Assembly: GCA_963812605.1 (NCBI GenBank)
Contig: CAWEWF010000001.1
Coordinates: forward strand, 627,378 to 691,377
From: an uncultured Verrucomicrobiae bacterium
Lineage (GTDB): Bacteria > Verrucomicrobiota > Verrucomicrobiia > Palsa-1439
Length of the DNA: 64,000 nt
Direction: 5' to 3'
Position 1 is the first letter of the stretch. Each line of letters starts with the position of its first letter. The translations under genes and the position numbers were made by a program. Below the pieces are notes generated by a model. It was not told the origin of the DNA. It ran no database searches and was given only the letters and a program-made list of their open reading frames with translations. Positions 43,062 through 55,700 of the stretch are shown one piece after another.

Positions 43062-46000
43062 ATGATTCGTCGCGTCGTTGATTTTGCCCTGAACAAACCC
43101 CTGTTCATAGTGGCTTTTGCGGTTCTACTTGTGGCGTGGGGTGTCGTCGCATTCCACGTTCTTCCCATCGATGCCTATCCCGACGTGGCTGACGATTACG
43201 TGGAGATCATCACGCAATGGCCAGGCATCTCAGCCGAACAAATCGAACAACAGGTGACGATTCCACTGGAAAACGCGATGAACGGCATCCCGCACGTGGT
43301 CCACCTGCGTTCGTTCTCGCTCTTCGGACTGTCCGATTTGAAGCTGATTTTCGACGACGAATCCGACAACAATTGGAACCGAGAGCGAGTCCTCGAACGA
43401 CTTGGACAGGTGACTCTGCCGTCCGGTGTGGTGCCACAGATGGGCACGGATTGGAGTCCGGCCGGCCAGATCTACTTCTTCACCCTCTACAATTCGAATC
43501 CAAATTATGACGCCATGGAATTGAAGTCTCTGGAAGACTGGGTCGTCGAAAAAAATTTCAAGGCGGTAGCGGATGTCGTGGACATTGCCAGTTTCGGTGG
43601 CCCGACGCGGGAATACCAGGTGCGCGTAGATCCGGACAAACTGGTTTCCTACGGTCTGAGTCTGAGCCAAGTCGAACAACAATTGGCCAACAATAATGCG
43701 AACGCGGGCGGCAGCTTCATCCAGGCAGGTCTGCAGCAGATCAATATTCGCGAAGTCGGCCTGGTCAGGAACGTGCAGGACATCGAAAACACGGTCATTC
43801 TGACCAAGAATGGCACGCCGCTCCACGTGAAGGACATTGCGGTGGTCTCGCAAGGTCCCAGGATTAGGCTGGGCAAGTTTGCCAGAGCCATCCGTCGCGA
43901 GGACGGGAAAATTATCGACAATGACGATGTAATTTCGGCGTGGGTGCCAATGCGGAAAGGCGCCGACGCGGAGACGGTTCTCAAAGGCATCCATAAGAAA
44001 GTGGAGGAACTGAACAATCATATTTTGCCGCCCGGGGTGAAGGTCGTTCCGTTCATTGACCGCAGCGATCTCATCCGATTTACAACCCACACTGTCCTGC
44101 ACAACCTCACCGAAGGCTTCATTCTGGTAACAATCGTTCTGCTCCTCTTTCTGGGTAACATCCGGGGCGCCCTCATCGTCGCCGTGACCATTCCCTTCTC
44201 CCTGTTGTTTGCCTCAATCTTCTTAAACGTGTGTCACATCCCCGCCAACCTTCTCTCACTCGGGGCCCTCGATTTCGGCATGGTTGTGGACGGGGCCGTT
44301 GTGATGGTGGAGAATATTGTTCGCCACATTGGCCACGACCACGCGAAAAAGTCAGTGGCGCAGAAAATCCGGGCGGCTGCGCACGAGGTCCAGAGGCCGG
44401 TGTTTTATGCCATTACAATCATTATCACCGCCTATCTCCCGATCTTCACGCTGCAGCGAGTAGAGGGCCGTCTCTTTCGTCCGATGGCCTGGACGGTGAC
44501 GTTCGCTCTCTTGGGCGCGGTGGTCTTCTCGATGACGCTGGCGCCGGTCCTGGCCGGCCTGCTGTTCCGCAAGGAGATCCGCGAGCGGCACAATCCCGTG
44601 CTCGGCTGGTTGACGGAACGCTATCGGCGGAACTTGACGTGGTCGATCCATCACCGGGGGGTGATGGTGGGCATTGCGCTTCTGGCCATCTGTGTGGCTG
44701 GGTTTCTGGTGTTGTCCGGTGTCATCGGATCAGAGTTCTTGCCGCATCTGGATGAAGGTTCGCTCTGGGTGCGCGGCACACTGGCACCAAGCACCGGGCC
44801 GGACGAAGGCGTCCGGGTATCCAATCAGGCGCGAATCGTTCTGGCCTCCTTTCCCGAGGCGACCGTGGTGACCAGTCAGGTGGGACGCCCAGACGACGGG
44901 ACCGACACAACAGGCTTCTTCGACACGGAGTATTTCGTGGATTTGAAACCCAAGGCGCAATGGCGTCCTGTCTTTCATCAAAGCAAGGATGCCCTGATCG
45001 CCGCGATGACCCGCGAGTTGGAGAGAATACCCGGGGGTAGACTGGGGCTTCTCTCAACCCATTGCCGACAACATGGAAGAAGCCGTTAGTGGCGTCAAGG
45101 GGGAGCTTGCCGCGAAATTGTACGGCGACGACTTGAAGCTTCTGGAAGAAAAGAGCGATCAAATCGTCAACACCATGCGTCAGATCAAGGGCATCGAGGA
45201 CCTGGCAGTGTTTCGGGTGCTCGGCCAGCCCAACCTGAACGTGACGGTGGACCGTGATCAGGCCGCCCGTTACCAAATCAACGTCGCGGACGTGCAGGAT
45301 GCGATTCAGGCCGCCATTGGCGGCAACGCCCTGACACAGGTGCTCCAGGGCGAAGCGCGCTACGATCTCGTGATGCGCTATCTCCCACAGTACCGAGACA
45401 CCAGAGAAGCGATTGAGAAGATTCGCCTGTTATCACCCAGTGGAGAGCGCGTCTCGCTCGCCCAGCTCTGCAAGATCACCGTGACCGACGGTGCTTCCGA
45501 AATTTACCGCGAAGGGAACCAACGCTACATCGCCATCAAGTATAGCGTTCGAGGCCGTGACCTCGGCGGCACCGTGAAGGAAGCGATCCAGAAGGTCAAC
45601 GAACAGGTCAAATTGCCGCAGGGTTACCGTATCGATTGGGAGGGCGAATATGAGAGTCAGAAACGATCCGCAGCACGACTCCTGGTTGTTGTGCCGTTGA
45701 CGGCGTTCCTGATCTTCATGATTATTTACGGAGCCTTCGGCTCCGCCAAGTGGGCCTGCCTCAACCTGGTCAACGTGGCGGTGGCTTCCCTCGGAGGCCT
45801 TTTGGCATTGCTCGTAACGGGCACGCATTTCAGCGTGTCGTCCGGAGTGGGGCTACTGGCACTCTTCGGCACCTCGGTCCAGATCGGGGTCATTATGGTG
45901 GAGTATATCAATCAGTTACGGGCCAGGGGAATGTCGGTCACCGAGGCTGCCATTGAAGGAGCGACACGCCGGCTCCGGCCGATCATGATGACCATGTTGG

Positions 46001-46203
46001 TCGCGACGCTGGGCCTGTTGCCGGCCGCCACATCCCACGCCATCGGATCCGATTCGCAGCGGCCGCTGGCCATCGTGGTTGTAGGGGGACTGGTCGTGGC
46101 CCTGCTGATGAGCATTTTTCTACTGCCCACTTTTTACGTTTGGTGGGCGAGACCGACCGACCGCCTGCCCAAGCCCGAGGAGGCCAAGAGCGTGTACGAA
46201 TGA
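43062..46203 (+). CDS. czcA: CusA/CzcA-family RND transporter (frameshift in G run ~45035)
   Basis: LPIDAYPDV, RSFSLFGLS, ANLLSLGALDFGMVVDGAVVMVEN, GSEFLPHLDEG, RLRPIMMT, IGSDSQRPLAIVVVGG. Confidence 0.92.
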
Positions 46204-46237
46204 ATAGGCCCGCTCTCTTATCGACTGTGACTGCTGG

Positions 46238-46354
46238 CGGCCGTTTGCGGTGGTGATCATCGGCGGCCTGGTGACGGCGACGTTACTGACGCTGTTCATC
46301 CTGCCGATTTGTTATCCATGGTTCGAAACCGAAAAAGAGGAATACCAACCGTGA
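46238..46354 (+). pseudogene. orphan 3' end of a second czcA-like gene
   Basis: Translates to RPFAVVIIGGLVTATLLTLFILPICYPWFETEKEEYQP*, i.e. the last RND helix, with no start codon. Confidence 0.75.
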
Positions 46355-46381
46355 AATATCTGCTCGCTATGGCAAAGGCGT

Positions 46382-47733
46382 CTAATGAACAAGCCGCAAG
46401 ATGATATCGGCGGCAACCTGTTGAAATACTTCCGAGAGGTTTTGTCCGCCGGTGACCAAGAAGGCCGCGCCGACCGGTTGCGACGGATCGAACTGCGGAC
46501 TGGCCGGATCATTGGCCATTTGTTGTAGCGTCTCGAGGGTCGGAGGAGCAAAGGCGTTGGCATCACCCGCTAACCCGACCGCATAGACATAGTTGCTGGA
46601 AGCCCGCATCTGGTTGGCAGTCAGAACGCAGCGGTTTGTAGCGTCCTCTGTGACATGCGATGCGCAAAAAAACTCTGCTTTCCCCATCGCATTGGTCCAC
46701 ACTTGAGTTGCTGTGATATTTGTGCCCCCACCGACAGAACAAACAGGGAGAATATCACCACAGTCGAATAGACACTGCACGAAGCACTCCCGTTCGTGAG
46801 CCAAAAATTAACGCCGGGATCCGGAAACGGAGGGCAGCCAGCTTGGATCGGGTCGTTTCCCCCGAAGCTGAGAGTTATCCCGCCAGGTGGGGTCGTAGGG
46901 AATTTGTACATGGTCGTGTTGGCCCGACCGTCGGTAAAAAATACCACAACCTTGATTGCATTCGCGGGGGCGCCGGAACTGTTCTGGATGACCTGCGCAT
47001 TGAGTAGACCGGCAATCGAACAGGTGCTACCTTGCCACGTCATGGTGTTCACTATGTTGATGATATTGTTCTTGAACGGGGTGCCCTTGGCGGCCATGGG
47101 AACATTATTTACCGCCGACACCGAGAAAGTAACGAGCGCTGCCCGGTCAAGGGTTTCATCGAAGATAGTGATAAACTGCGAAACCGCACCCGGTAAATAA
47201 CGGCCGCCTTGAGTTCCATTTTGGCAGGAGCCTATGTTTGCATTAGGATCCATGAACCCGGTACGATCCAGCACCAGCGTCATGACGACCGGGGCACGGC
47301 TAGCCACCGCTGTGTCACCGACGGTCAACGTGCGCCATTGGGGAAACAACCGAATGAAGTACGTATTGATCGTGGCTGAAACCGTGTTCGAGTAGATAAG
47401 ATCGCCGTTGGCGTCCGTACTGAAAGTGCCAACCGGGGTCACTTTTCCTATCCCGCGTCCACTCACGCCGTTGGTGGCGTAATTGGCCCAAAACGTATTC
47501 TCCGCGATGAGGTTCGCGGCCGCGCCTTTGTCGGCCCCCGAGTAGTTGCTGACGGCTGCCAGGGTGGCGGCATCCATCGCCTTTGACAACTGCGCTTTGG
47601 TAACGTAGGCGAAACCCAGATCAATCCCCAACCCAACAAACAAGATCAACACGATGGAAAAGAGGGCAAACAACATCAGCACCTGGCCATCCTCGCGGGC
47701 CTGTCGCAGGGTTCGGTTGTGGGATGATTTCAT
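46382..47733 (-). CDS. tadG: TadG-like minor pilin with vWA domain (frameshift ~46775)
   Basis: EDGQVLMLFAL..GLGIDLG..QLSKAMDAATLAA, LVLDRTGFM, VVFFTDG, C-terminal VYAVGL...LSEVFQQVA. Confidence 0.8.
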
Positions 47734-47748
47734 GCTGGGTGCTCGCTC

Positions 47749-48343
47749 CTAAAGTGCCGAAAAATAGGCGGCATCGTAAAATTGAGTTGGTAAGACGGCC
47801 TTGATAAAATTGCCCACCGGGGTAATCGGGACAAATTTATAATAGATCTCGGCCACGTAAACAGTGCGATTCGCCGGCAGGTACGTACCGCCCGTGGTTG
47901 GCAGCGTCGCCTTGTTGCCAACGTTTGTGCTTGATCCTATCCGGCTCGATGGCGCCCGCCAGTGAACCCGCCGTATATTGTTGGCTGATGGTATATTGCG
48001 CCGTGCCTTTACTGTTAAAGTTGGTGACGGCCGTGACGATGACCATCCCCGTGCTGGAGTTCAAGGCCAGGGGCAGGGCTTCGGTAATCGCGGCATTCAG
48101 GGCGTTGGTCATGATATCCATTGTGGTTGTGCCCGAACCGCGCGCTTCCAAATTGGCGGTTTCGCGGCTCAAGTTCACCAACACCTGCCGCAGGTAGATC
48201 GCGCGGCAAAAATCAATCACCCCGAAGATCAGGACGATCAACATGACAGACGCGACAGCGAATTCGATTAACGCCTGGCCGCTCTCCCCACGCCAGGAAA
48301 TTCGCGCAACAGTTTGTTTTGTTTTCTGAAAAATATGGTTCAT
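47749..48343 (-). CDS. TadE/TadF-like minor pilin (frameshift ~47950)
   Basis: SGQALIEFA..LIFGVIDF..SRE.A; the shifted frame ends VYVAEIYYKFVPITPVG...DAAYFSAL*. Confidence 0.8.
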
Positions 48344-48349
48344 GATTCC

Positions 48350-48841
48350 TCAGTCGGTCTGGTTATAGGGGAACCGTTCATTGCGGAAGGTGACGCTCTC
48401 GGAGAAAGTGTCGACATCGTTTGTTCCGTAATAGTGGCCCATTAAATTCGTGAAGAGCGTCAGATGCGTCGTCAGCGAGATGGTCACGTTTTCGCCCGGC
48501 AGGCCGCCCGAGTCGGCATTGCCGACCCCTCCTGTCGAACTGTTTCCGGAGCTGCTGATAATAATCTTCGTGAGATCCAAGCCCGGTGCCGCATTCTGGG
48601 CGATTGCTTCAATGGAGGCCACGCGCGTCAGGCCCGGCATCTTCTGACCGGTGACCGCATAACGGCCCGCCTGGCGCACCGCATTTTCGAGAGTGACCTG
48701 TACGAAGTAAAGGTGACCCATATCGATAATCCCAAACATCAACAGGAAGAACAGAGGCAGAACGACCGCGAACTCAACGAGTCCCTCTCCCCGGGTAACT
48801 TTTGCTCTTCGCCGTACTTTAGTATGACGGTTAACGTTCAT
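48350..48841 (-). CDS. tadE: TadE family minor pilin
   Basis: RGEGLVEFAVVLPLFFLLMFGIIDMG...AVRQAGRYA; C-terminal FRNE. Confidence 0.88.
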   Translation of the reverse strand: MNVNRHTKVRRRAKVTRGEGLVEFAVVLPLFFLLMFGIIDMGHLYFVQVTLENAVRQAGRYAVTGQKMPGLTRVASIEAIAQNAAPGLDLTKIIISSSGNSSTGGVGNADSGGLPGENVTISLTTHLTLFTNLMGHYYGTNDVDTFSESVTFRNERFPYNQTD

Positions 48842-49715
48842 CCATACACCTTGGCTTGAAAGTAGGTAGCGACGTTGAAACAACTCCGACAGCGCGCACC
48901 TATAAACCGGCGATATGACGGCACAGCCACTCTTCAGCGTGGCCTGTTCTCACGTGCTACTCGCCTATCCACAACCGCGCTACACCAACGGGCTCAAACA
49001 AACTCTATCAACCAACGGACATCGATATCCGATAGCAGGCCGTTCGGCGACTGCCGCCCTAGACGCATTTCGCCCTGCGTACCCCGAATATTAAGGCTTT
49101 GCCGGAAGTGAAGTCAAACACAATCGAACGATTACGTATCATGATATTTGGCGGGTCTCAAATTACATCGATACCTGCGACGCTTACTCCACGATCGAGT
49201 GTTCAGCCAACCTTACATACTGGATGTAAGCACCCGGTAATGCTTGGGCACATGCACAAGGAACACTGGCCGCTATTATCCGCCAACGCCCGAGAAACAG
49301 TTACTGTGGCCGTATCGCTGCCAGAGGACCATCCATCGGTTCTGACTGACTTTGGGGTGGTAACCTTTTAGCCAAACTGGACATAAAGTGTCCAGCGTGT
49401 CAGGCCCGGTGGACACTCCACCGTCGGCATTTTGACCGCAAATCGCCGCGCCGGTAGAAACCTGTTCGTTACACAACTCCATAACATGCATATTGGCTGC
49501 TACTTACACCGACGCAGCGCCATCGCCGTGGAAACCTTATTTTTGCTGGCGTTTTTGGCATAGATGTGGCTATCCTGAGGGCGTCTGGGAGAAGTGTGCC
49601 GTTGACCTGCGGGTTGCGCGCGGGTCACGTGCAACCTATTTCGGCTCGTGCGTGTCGTGCCGGTTACATCGTCTGTGAGAGCAGTGGAACAGAATAATTA
49701 CAGGTAGCATTTTTT

Positions 49716-52700
49716 ATGACTAAAGCATGTTTCACCTTCCTTTCCGTAGCGGCGATTGCTCTGGTCACCGCCAGTTCCGCGCTCGCAAATGCCAGTGTTA
49801 CCACCCTCGCCAGCGCCTCGATCTCTGCTGACACCGTTGGCGGGGTCTACAGCAACCTGACCGGCCCGGTACTCACGGAGGGAGCTACTGCTGACATTGG
49901 CGTTGGCACGATTATTCTGGCTGCGCCTGTGGGGTTCGAGTTCAATCCGGCCGCTACCGTTAACGTAGTCACCTCGCGGACGGGCACCGGAACCAGCCCC
50001 TTGCTCCAGTTGGCCACGGAAACGGCCACGGTCACGTCCAGCAACATCACCGTTACCTCGGTCGCCCCGGACGGGGGTAGCGCAAGGACGGTTCTGACAT
50101 GGTCGGGCATCCAGGTGCGGGCCAGCGCCGGATCGCCGCTGGCGACGAATAGCATGGTGCTCTCTACGGCCAGCACGGTCATTATCAACGGGATCACCAA
50201 AGGCGTAACGAATTTTGGCACGCTCAGCGAAGTTGCTGGCACAGCGGGCACGAAACTGGGCTTCACGACGACGCCAGCTGCGACGAACGCGGCCGGAGTC
50301 GCGATGGCTAACGTCGTCGTGCAGGTCGAGGGCGCGACCGGGAATAATGTTGCCTCCAACAACGTGGCGATCACTGTGGCGTTGAATACCGGTGCCTTTG
50401 CCAGCGGCAGCACGAACGCCACCACCGGGGTGGGAGGGTCGGCCACGTTCAGCAATTTGGTCATTGATACGCAGGGGAGCTATACCCTGACCGCTTCCGC
50501 TCCGGCGACGGGTCTCTCCAATTCGCCCGCCGCTCCATTTGTGGTTGTCGCCGGTGCGCCGAGCACTTTCCAGTTCCTGCAAGATGCGCCTTCGTCAATC
50601 CTCGCCGGAACGACCTTCCCCTCCGCGGTCACAGTCCAACTCAGCGACGCGTTTGGCAACTTGATCAGCAACAAAACGGTGACGCTGAGCCTTCTTGGCG
50701 GCGGTACCCTCAGTGGCACGACATCGCAACCAACCGCGGGATCGGGCGTGGCGACGTTTGGCGGTTTGAGTGTTGCCCAGGCCGGAACCAACAAAGCCCT
50801 CATGGCGAGCATTAGCAGCCCATCGATGTCCATTACAGGGGCTACGTTCACCGTGCTGGCGGGATCGGCCACCAAACTCGGCTACACCACCGCACCGGCG
50901 GCATCGACCCCCGCCGGCGTAACGATGGCCGGTATCGTGGTGCAGATTCAGGATGCGGCGGGCAACAGTATTCCGTCCAACGGCGTGCCGATCACGGTGG
51001 CGTTGAACGCGGGCGGCTTTACCAGCGGCACCACGACGATCCTGACCGCACCGAATGGTTCGGCCACATTCACCGACTTGGTCATCAACACGTCCGGCAA
51101 CTACACTCTCACGGCCTCCGCCGCCGGGAACATTTTCACCGCGACAGCACCGGCTCCGTTCACAATAGCCGCAGCGACGCCCAGCGTTATCCAAATCACG
51201 CAGGATGCTCCCGCCTTGAACACTGCCGGGACGATATTCTCGCCCGCGGTCACTGTCCGGGTAACGGACTCGCTGAGCAACCCAGCCACGAACACCCTGG
51301 TAACGCTGAGCCTTCTTGGCGGCGGATCCCTCAGTGGGACCGTCGCGCACGTGACCGACGTCACGGGTGTCGCGACGTTCAACAACCTGAGCATCAGTCT
51401 CGCGGGGACCAACTACGCGCTTGTTGCCAACTCCGTCAATTCCTTGTCCGTAACCGGCAATACTTTCGTTGTGACGACAGGTGCCGCCACCAAATTGGTT
51501 TATACCACCGGCCCGGTTGCGACCAACACGGCGGGCGTGACCATGCCGACCTTCGTCGTGCAGGTTGAAGATCAGTTTGGGAACTTTATTCCGACCAACG
51601 GCGTGCCGATCGCGATGGCGCTGAACACCGGCACCTTCGCCAGCGGCACCACGCCGGTGAATACCGGGGCGGGTGGATCGGCCAGCTTCGGTGACCTGGT
51701 CATTACCAACGCCGGAAACAATACCCTGACGGCATCCGCGACGGGCCTGACTTCGGCCGCCAGCGCGCTCACCATTCTCCCGGCCCCGTACGCGATTACC
51801 TTCCAGCAGGATGCGCCATCGGTGACCAATGCCGGGGCCGTATTCACGCCCGCGGTCGCCGTGAAGATCGCCGATGCGTTCAACAACGTGCTCAGCAACC
51901 GAACGGTCACGCTGTCCCTCTTGAACGGTGGCGACCCTTAACGGCACGCTGTCGCGCACGACAACCAACAACGGTGTGGCGACATTCAACAACCTGAGCA
52001 TCAATGTTGCCGGGACCAACTATGCACTCCTTGCTTCTTCCACCAATTCCTTGTCCGTCACCGGCAACACCTTTACCGTGACGTCGGCGGCCGCCTCCAA
52101 ACTGATCTACCCCGTGCTGCCGCCTGCCTCCAGCGTCGCGGGCGCAACGTTGACCCCGTTCACCATTCAGATTGCAGATCAATTTAACAACAGTGTCGCC
52201 ACCAACGGCGTGCTGATCTCAATGAGCCTGACGAACGGCGCCTTTGCCAGCGGGACGACCTCGAGCAACTCCGACGTAAATGGCACGGCCTCCTTCAGCG
52301 ACCTTGTTATCACCAACGCCGGGCAACAATATCCTTATCGCCTCGGCCAGCGGCCTGACTTCGACCAACCGGGCCCTTGTCATCTCCCCGGCGAACCTTG
52401 CCCTCACACTTCAGCACGACGCGCCTGCCGTGACCAACGCCGGGGCCACGTTCACGCCTGCGGTCGCCGTCAGACTTGCCGACCAGTACAACAATATCGT
52501 CAGCAACCGGACGGTCACTCTGTCGCTGCTGAATGGCGGCGGCCCTCTCAACGGCACGCTATCGCAGTCGACCACCACCAACGGCGTGGCGACATTTAAC
52601 AACCTGTCGATCAATGTCCCCGGGACCAATTATGCCCTCGTCGCCACCTCCACCAATTCGTTGTCCGTCACCGGTCAAACCTTCACGGTGACCGTTGGCG

Positions 52701-55700
52701 TACCCGCGAAACTGATGTACACCACCCTGCCGCCTTCGACTGCCGCAGCGGGTAGCACGTTGTCGACCTTCGTCGTGCAGGTTGAGGATCAGTTTAATAA
52801 CTTTATCCCGACCAATGGCCTGCCGGTCACACTCGCCTTGAACACCGGCGGATTCGCCAGCGGCACGACGAATACGGTCACAGTCTCGGATGGTTCAGTC
52901 GACCTTCTTTGATATAGTTATCAACGCCGCCGGTACGTACACGATGACGGCGAACTCGCCGGGATTGACGGCCGCGGGACGGCTGGTCACGATTGTGCCG
53001 GCCGCAGCGAGCAGTCTCACATTCGTTCAACAGCCGCCCGCCATGACCAATGCCGGGGCGGTGTTCACACCCGCCGTGACGGTGAAAGTCGCCGACCAGT
53101 TTGGCAACGCGATTAGCAACATGCCCGTCATCGTCAGCCTCACGGGCGCCGGCACCCTGAATGGCACGCTCTCCCGGACGACGGCCACCAACGGTGTCGC
53201 CACGTTCAACAACTTGAGCGTCAATCTCCCCGGCACCGGCGATTTCCTGACGGCCAGCACCACCAACCCGGTCCTGTCGGTCAACAGCGCCACCTTCACC
53301 GTGAACGTTGGTCCGCTGGATCACTATTTGGTCTCCGCCACGACACCGCAAACGCGCGGGGCCCCGTTCACCGTCACCGTCACGGCGCAGGACGCGGCCA
53401 GCAATACCATCAACAATAGTTCCACCGTCGTCACCATGAGCGGCAGCACAGCCAATGTGCAGTTTGACAGCAACGGCGACAGCATCTTTGGCGAGAATGG
53501 CGACAACATGCAGGTATTGTCGAACGGGACGTTCACCATCAGCACCGAGGACAATAATCCCGAAACCATGACCATCACCGCGACGGACGGGAATGGTAAG
53601 ACGGGCACGAGTCCGTCCATTGCCGTCAACGCCGCCGCCGGTGATTATCGCAGCGCCGCCACTGGCAACTGGAATGCCACAGCCACCTGGCAAACCTGGA
53701 ATGGCTCGGCATGGGTCGCGGCCAGCGTACCGCCCGCAGGCGGAGCCGGCACTAATATCACCATTCTAAGCACCCATACGGTGACAGACAATACGGCCGT
53801 GGGGCTGACCGGCACGCTCATTACCCAGGGATCCTTGACCTTCAACGCGGGATCGATCGCCGTCGGGTCCGGTGGCCTTGTGCAGAACGCCGGAACTATC
53901 AGCAGCACCGCGGCCACCCTGATCTTCAACTCGGGCGCAAAGTACCAGCACAATCCCGCAACACCCCCCGGTACAATTCCGACTGCGGCTTGGAATACGG
54001 GCTCAACCTGCGAAATCGTCGGCTTCATCAGTGGCACCATCACTCTCGGCACTGGAACAGGCTGGAACCAGAGTTTCCAGAATGTGACATGGAACTGCCC
54101 CACGTTCACAGGCACCTGCAATCTGAACCCCTCTGGCGGCGCCACGGATAATATGACCAATATCCTTGGGAACCTTACCGTTATCGCGGGCTCCGGTACG
54201 TTGGTTTTCAATTCTCACGGATCGACCCTTGTTCCACTCACTGTTGGTGGCGATTTCATTATGCAGTCGGGCGACTTTAACCTGGGCTCAGACACCAGCG
54301 CCAATCCATGGATCCTGCGAGGGAATTATCTCCAGAATGGAGGTACGGTTAACAATTCTGGCAGCGGTGGTGGTAACATCAACTTCACCGGGGCCAACAA
54401 GACATTTACACTAAACAGCGGCACCATCGCGGGTGGCAATTACAACTTCATCGTCACTAACAACGCGTCGCTGACTTTAAATAATGGGATCACCGTTGGC
54501 ACCGGCGCGGGCGTTACCGTGCTTAACTCCGGCACGCTGAACTGCGGCACCAACGTCGTCAGCGGCACCGGCAGTTTCGTGCTGAATTCGGGCGGTGCGT
54601 TGGGTATCGGCTCCACGGGCGGCATCACATTGTCGGGCGCGGCAGGGAACGTCCAAACCACCACCCGTACTTTCAACACGGGCGGCGTGTACATTTACAA
54701 TGGTTCCGCCTCCCAGGCCACGGGCAGCGGCTTGCCCGCGACCGCCAGCAGCTTGATCGTCTCCAACACGGGAGGGATCGTCACGCTAGGCGCCAATGTG
54801 AGCATCACCAGCAACCTGACGGTTTCCGTCGGGACGTTTGATTTGGGGAGCTTTACCGCGAACCGTGCGACCAGCGGAGGTACGCTAACGCTCGCGAATG
54901 GCGCGGCCTTGAATATTGGCGGCGCGAATTCGTTCCCGTCCAATTATGCCACCCTCAATCTCGGAGCAAACAGCACGGTTGTGTACGAGGGATCAGCCCA
55001 GAACGTGTCAGCGCTGGCCTATGGCAATCTCACCACCAGCGGAAGCGGTACCAAGACACTTCTGGCAGGCGCGACTTCCCTCGCGGGAGACTTGAAGATC
55101 GGTCCCGGCATGACCTTCAACGCCGTCACCAACAGTTTCAGTATCACCGGCAACTTGACCAACAATGGCACGGCTTTCGCGTTTAGCGGCCCGCAGACCG
55201 TTACGTTCACCGGCTCCGGCACACAAAATGTCTCCGGCGCGTCTTCGGCAGCGTTTAACACATTCGCGATTGGCAGCAACTCCGTGATCAATCTGGACAA
55301 TAACGATAGCGCCCTTCAGTTTACCATCGCGGGGCTGTCCCAAAACGGTGGCACATGGGGATCGACGGCCTCCGGCGCGGCCAACCCCGACGACGCCAAT
55401 TTCCTGGGGAATGGAACATTGAACGTCACCCCACCGACGTTTGGCATTAGCTTCCTGCAGGATGCACCTGCCGTGACCAACGCCGGTGCCGTATTCTCGC
55501 CGCCCGTGATGGTTCAGTTGACCAGTTCAGCGACGAACTTGATCATCAACAAGATGGTCACGCTCACCCTCAATGGTGGTGGATTCCTCAACGGGATAAC
55601 ATCGCAACTGACAGGCACCAACGGTGTGGCGACATTCACCAACTTGACCATCAATGTGGCCGGGACCAACTACTCCCTGACGGCGACCGTCACCACTCCT

